Part shown: positions 47,364 through 49,719 of the stretch, piece by piece
Numbering within the stretch: position 1 is the stretch's first letter
Layout: each line of letters starts with the position of its first letter
Sequence record: DRR378314_1276
Strand: one strand, 5' to 3'
DNA: 49,719 bases
Notes under the pieces: generated by a model
The model's database searches: none
Seen by the model: the letters and a program-made list of their open reading frames with translations, nothing else
Told to the model about the DNA's origin: nothing
Position numbers and translations under genes: made by a program

Positions 47364-48746
47364 TCAGCCGCGCGTCCAGCGGGTGCCTTCGCGGGTGTCC
47401 TCGAGCTGGATGCCGGCGTCCTTGAGCTGGTCGCGGATCTCGTCCGCGCGGGCGAAGTTCTTGTCTTTCTTGGCCTGGGTGCGTTCCGCCACCAGGCCGT
47501 CGATGGTGGCGTTGTCGAGGCCGTCGTCGCCGGCTTTCTTGTCCTGGAACCAGGCGCTGGGGTCGGCCTCGAGCAGGCCGAGCAGGTGCGCGGCGGCCTG
47601 CAGCTCCGCTTTGAGCGCCGGTTTTTCTTCCAGCGCTGCCTTGTTGAGGCGCGCCGCGATGGCGTGCAGGGCGCTGATCGCCTCGGAGGTGTTCAGGTCG
47701 TCCAGCAGCGCGGTGAGCACCGGGTGGTCCTCGGGCAGCCGGTAGTCCGGGTCGGCGTGCACGGTCTCGCCACGGCCGAGCAGGGCGTAATAGAGCGAAT
47801 CCAGGCTGCTTTCCGCCTGCTCCAGCAGTTCGGCGGAAAAGTTGAGCGGCGAGCGGTAGTGGCTGGACAGCAGCGCGAAGCGCAGCACCTCGCCGGGAAA
47901 CTTCTCCAGCAGGTCACGCACCAGCCGGAAGTTGCCCAGGGATTTGGACATCTTCTCGCCGTCGATATTGATGTAGCCGTTGTGCATCCAGTAGCGCACG
48001 TACTCGGTGCCGTGGGCGCAGCAGCCCTGGGCGATTTCGTTCTCGTGGTGCGGGAAGATCAGATCCTGGCCGCCGCCGTGAATATCGATCACATCGCCCA
48101 GATGCTTGTGGATCATCGCCGAGCACTCGATGTGCCAGCCCGGCCGGCCGCGGCCCCAGGGCGATTCCCAGCCGGGCTGGTCGTCGCTGCTGGGTTTCCA
48201 CAGCACGAAATCGCCGGGGTGGCGCTTGTAGTCCGCCACTTCCACCCGGGCGCCGGCGCGCATGTCTTCCAGATTGCGGCCGGACAGCTTGCCGTAGTCG
48301 GGCATCGACTCCACCGCGAACAGCACATGGCCGTCCGCTTCATAGGCGTGGCCCTTGGCGATCAGGGTTTCGATCATGGCGGTCATCTCGCCGATATGAT
48401 CGGTGGCCTTGGGCACGATGTCTGGCTGCAGGGTATTGAGCGCCGCCATGTCCTCGCGGAAGGCGTCGGTGTAGCGCTCGGTGAGCGCGGTCATCGGCTC
48501 GCCGGTTTCCGCGCAGGCGGTGATGATCTTGTCGTCGATGTCGGTGATGTTGCGGGCGTAGACCACCTTCGGGTAGAGCCGGGACAGCAGCCGGTACAGC
48601 ACGTCGAACACCACCACCGGCCGCGCGTTGCCGATGTGAACGTAGTTATAGACCGTCGGGCCGCACACATAGAGGGTTACCCGTTGCGGGTCGAGCGGCT
48701 GGAACGCGTCCTTGTGGCCGGTGAGGGTGTTATGCAGTGTCAGCAT
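47364..48746 (-). CDS. cysS: Cysteine--tRNA ligase (probably a second, paralogous copy)
   Basis: [39 protein letters not shown] and KMSKS. Confidence 0.97.
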   Translation of the reverse strand: MLTLHNTLTGHKDAFQPLDPQRVTLYVCGPTVYNYVHIGNARPVVVFDVLYRLLSRLYPKVVYARNITDIDDKIITACAETGEPMTALTERYTDAFREDMAALNTLQPDIVPKATDHIGEMTAMIETLIAKGHAYEADGHVLFAVESMPDYGKLSGRNLEDMRAGARVEVADYKRHPGDFVLWKPSSDDQPGWESPWGRGRPGWHIECSAMIHKHLGDVIDIHGGGQDLIFPHHENEIAQGCCAHGTEYVRYWMHNGYINIDGEKMSKSLGNFRLVRDLLEKFPGEVLRFALLSSHYRSPLNFSAELLEQAESSLDSLYYALLGRGETVHADPDYRLPEDHPVLTALLDDLNTSEAISALHAIAARLNKAALEEKPALKAELQAAAHLLGLLEADPSAWFQDKKAGDDGLDNATIDGLVAERTQAKKDKNFARADEIRDQLKDAGIQLEDTREGTRWTRG

Positions 48747-48755
48747 GCTGGTCCG

Positions 48756-49184
48756 TCAGTGGTCATAAAGGTCCTTGGGATCGATAAGCGGTGACTTATC
48801 GATGCGCGCGGTGTCGTTGTCCAGTTTCCAGAAGAAACAGTCACGCCGTCCAGTGTGGCAGGCCGCGCCGGTCTGCTCGACGCTGGCCAGCAGCACGTCG
48901 CCGTCGCAGTCCACCCGCAGTGCCTTGAGGGTCTGCGTCTGGCCGGAGGATTCCCCCTTGCGCCACAGCGTCTTGCGCGAGCGTGAGTAGTAACACACCT
49001 GCCCGGTGGCCAGGGTCTCCTCGATCGCCGCCCGGTTCATCCAGGCGAACATCAACACCTCGCCGGTGTCGTGCTGCTGCGCGATCACCGGCACCAGGCC
49101 GGCGTCGTTGAACGCCAGGTTGTCCAGCGCTTCGTTAAGCGGGACGCTGAAGCCTTCGGGTTGTTGTTCGTTGTCCTTGAACAT
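48756..49184 (-). CDS. hisI: Phosphoribosyl-AMP cyclohydrolase (outside the his operon)
   Basis: GLVPVIAQ, VLMFAWMN, YSRSRKTLWRKGESSG, DCDGD and ACHTGRRDCFF. Confidence 0.96.
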   Translation of the reverse strand: MFKDNEQQPEGFSVPLNEALDNLAFNDAGLVPVIAQQHDTGEVLMFAWMNRAAIEETLATGQVCYYSRSRKTLWRKGESSGQTQTLKALRVDCDGDVLLASVEQTGAACHTGRRDCFFWKLDNDTARIDKSPLIDPKDLYDH

Positions 49185-49193
49185 GGGCGTCCC

Positions 49194-49719
49194 TCAGATT
49201 GGCGCGCGGGTTTCCTGAAACAACTGCTCCACGGCGTCTTCAAGGCCCAGTTCCTGGGTGTCCTTGGAGCCCAGGCTGCGGATCGCCACCTTGCGTTCTT
49301 CCGCTTCCTTTTCGCCCACCACCCAGATGCGGGCGGTCTTGGCCTTGGAGTGCTCGCGAACCTTGAAACCGATTTTTTCGTTGCGGGTATCCAGCTCCGC
49401 CGGGATGCCCTTGGCTTTGAGCAGCGCCACCGCCTCGGCGGCGTAGTCGTCCACCGCGTTGGTGATGGTCGCCACCACCACCGGGCTGGGTGACATCCAC
49501 AGCGGCAAATGGCCGGCGGTGGACTCGATCAGAATACCCAGGAAGCGTTCCAGCGAACCGAGCACTGCCCGGTGCAGCATCACCGGCCGCTGGCGGGAGC
49601 CGTCCTCGGCCACGTATTCCGCGTCCAGCCGCTCGGGCAGCACGAAATCCACCTGCAGGGTGCCGCACTGCCAGTCCCGGCCGATGGCGTCGCGCAGCAC
49701 GAACTCCAGTTTGGGGCCG
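49194..49719 (-). CDS. thrS: Threonine--tRNA ligase, C-terminal part (5' partial; probably a paralogue)
   Basis: [39 protein letters not shown] and anticodon-binding [10 protein letters not shown]. Followed by hisI rather than infC. Confidence 0.96.
   Translation of the reverse strand, partial: GPKLEFVLRDAIGRDWQCGTLQVDFVLPERLDAEYVAEDGSRQRPVMLHRAVLGSLERFLGILIESTAGHLPLWMSPSPVVVATITNAVDDYAAEAVALLKAKGIPAELDTRNEKIGFKVREHSKAKTARIWVVGEKEAEERKVAIRSLGSKDTQELGLEDAVEQLFQETRAPI

Overview
High-GC (roughly two-thirds GC by eye) gammaproteobacterial chromosomal segment. Gene content and order suggest a marine or halotolerant Oceanospirillales organism such as Alcanivorax/Alloalcanivorax (inference). From left to right: the 3' end of a chemoreceptor gene; a PAS/LuxR regulator; glyA; a four-helix-bundle gene enclosed by inverted heptamer arrays; nrdR-ribD; about 8 kb of accessory genes (DJ-1/PfpI, M50-like membrane protein, GGDEF, YnfA, LysR/azoreductase, TetR/nitronate monooxygenase, nitroreductase, GFA) that split the riboflavin operon; ribE-ribBX-ribH-nusB-thiL; xseB-ispA-dxs; GFA, SDR and dusC; an acetate module (DUF4212-ActP-like symporter, cNMP/CBS/nucleotidyltransferase, DEDDh exonuclease, CrbS/CrbR); ectR-ectABC with a Tea-like TRAP transporter; a TPR protein; folE2; and the edge of an apparent zinc-starvation island (ZnuD-like receptor, AztD-like lipoprotein, yidD paralogue, thrS-hisI-cysS paralogues). 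Three signals stand out. (1) A His/CxxC/RAPP leader ORF whose last codons and stop form a perfect 10-bp anti-SD against the ZnuD-like receptor RBS, coupled to a yidD paralogue. (2) An IVS-like cassette in which a four-helix-bundle gene lies in the loop of inverted 7-mer arrays inside the glyA-nrdR interval. (3) A probable unannotated CrbR-activated sRNA next to crbR. No tRNA, rRNA, CRISPR array or IS element was recognised. All family assignments come from motif recognition, not database searches.
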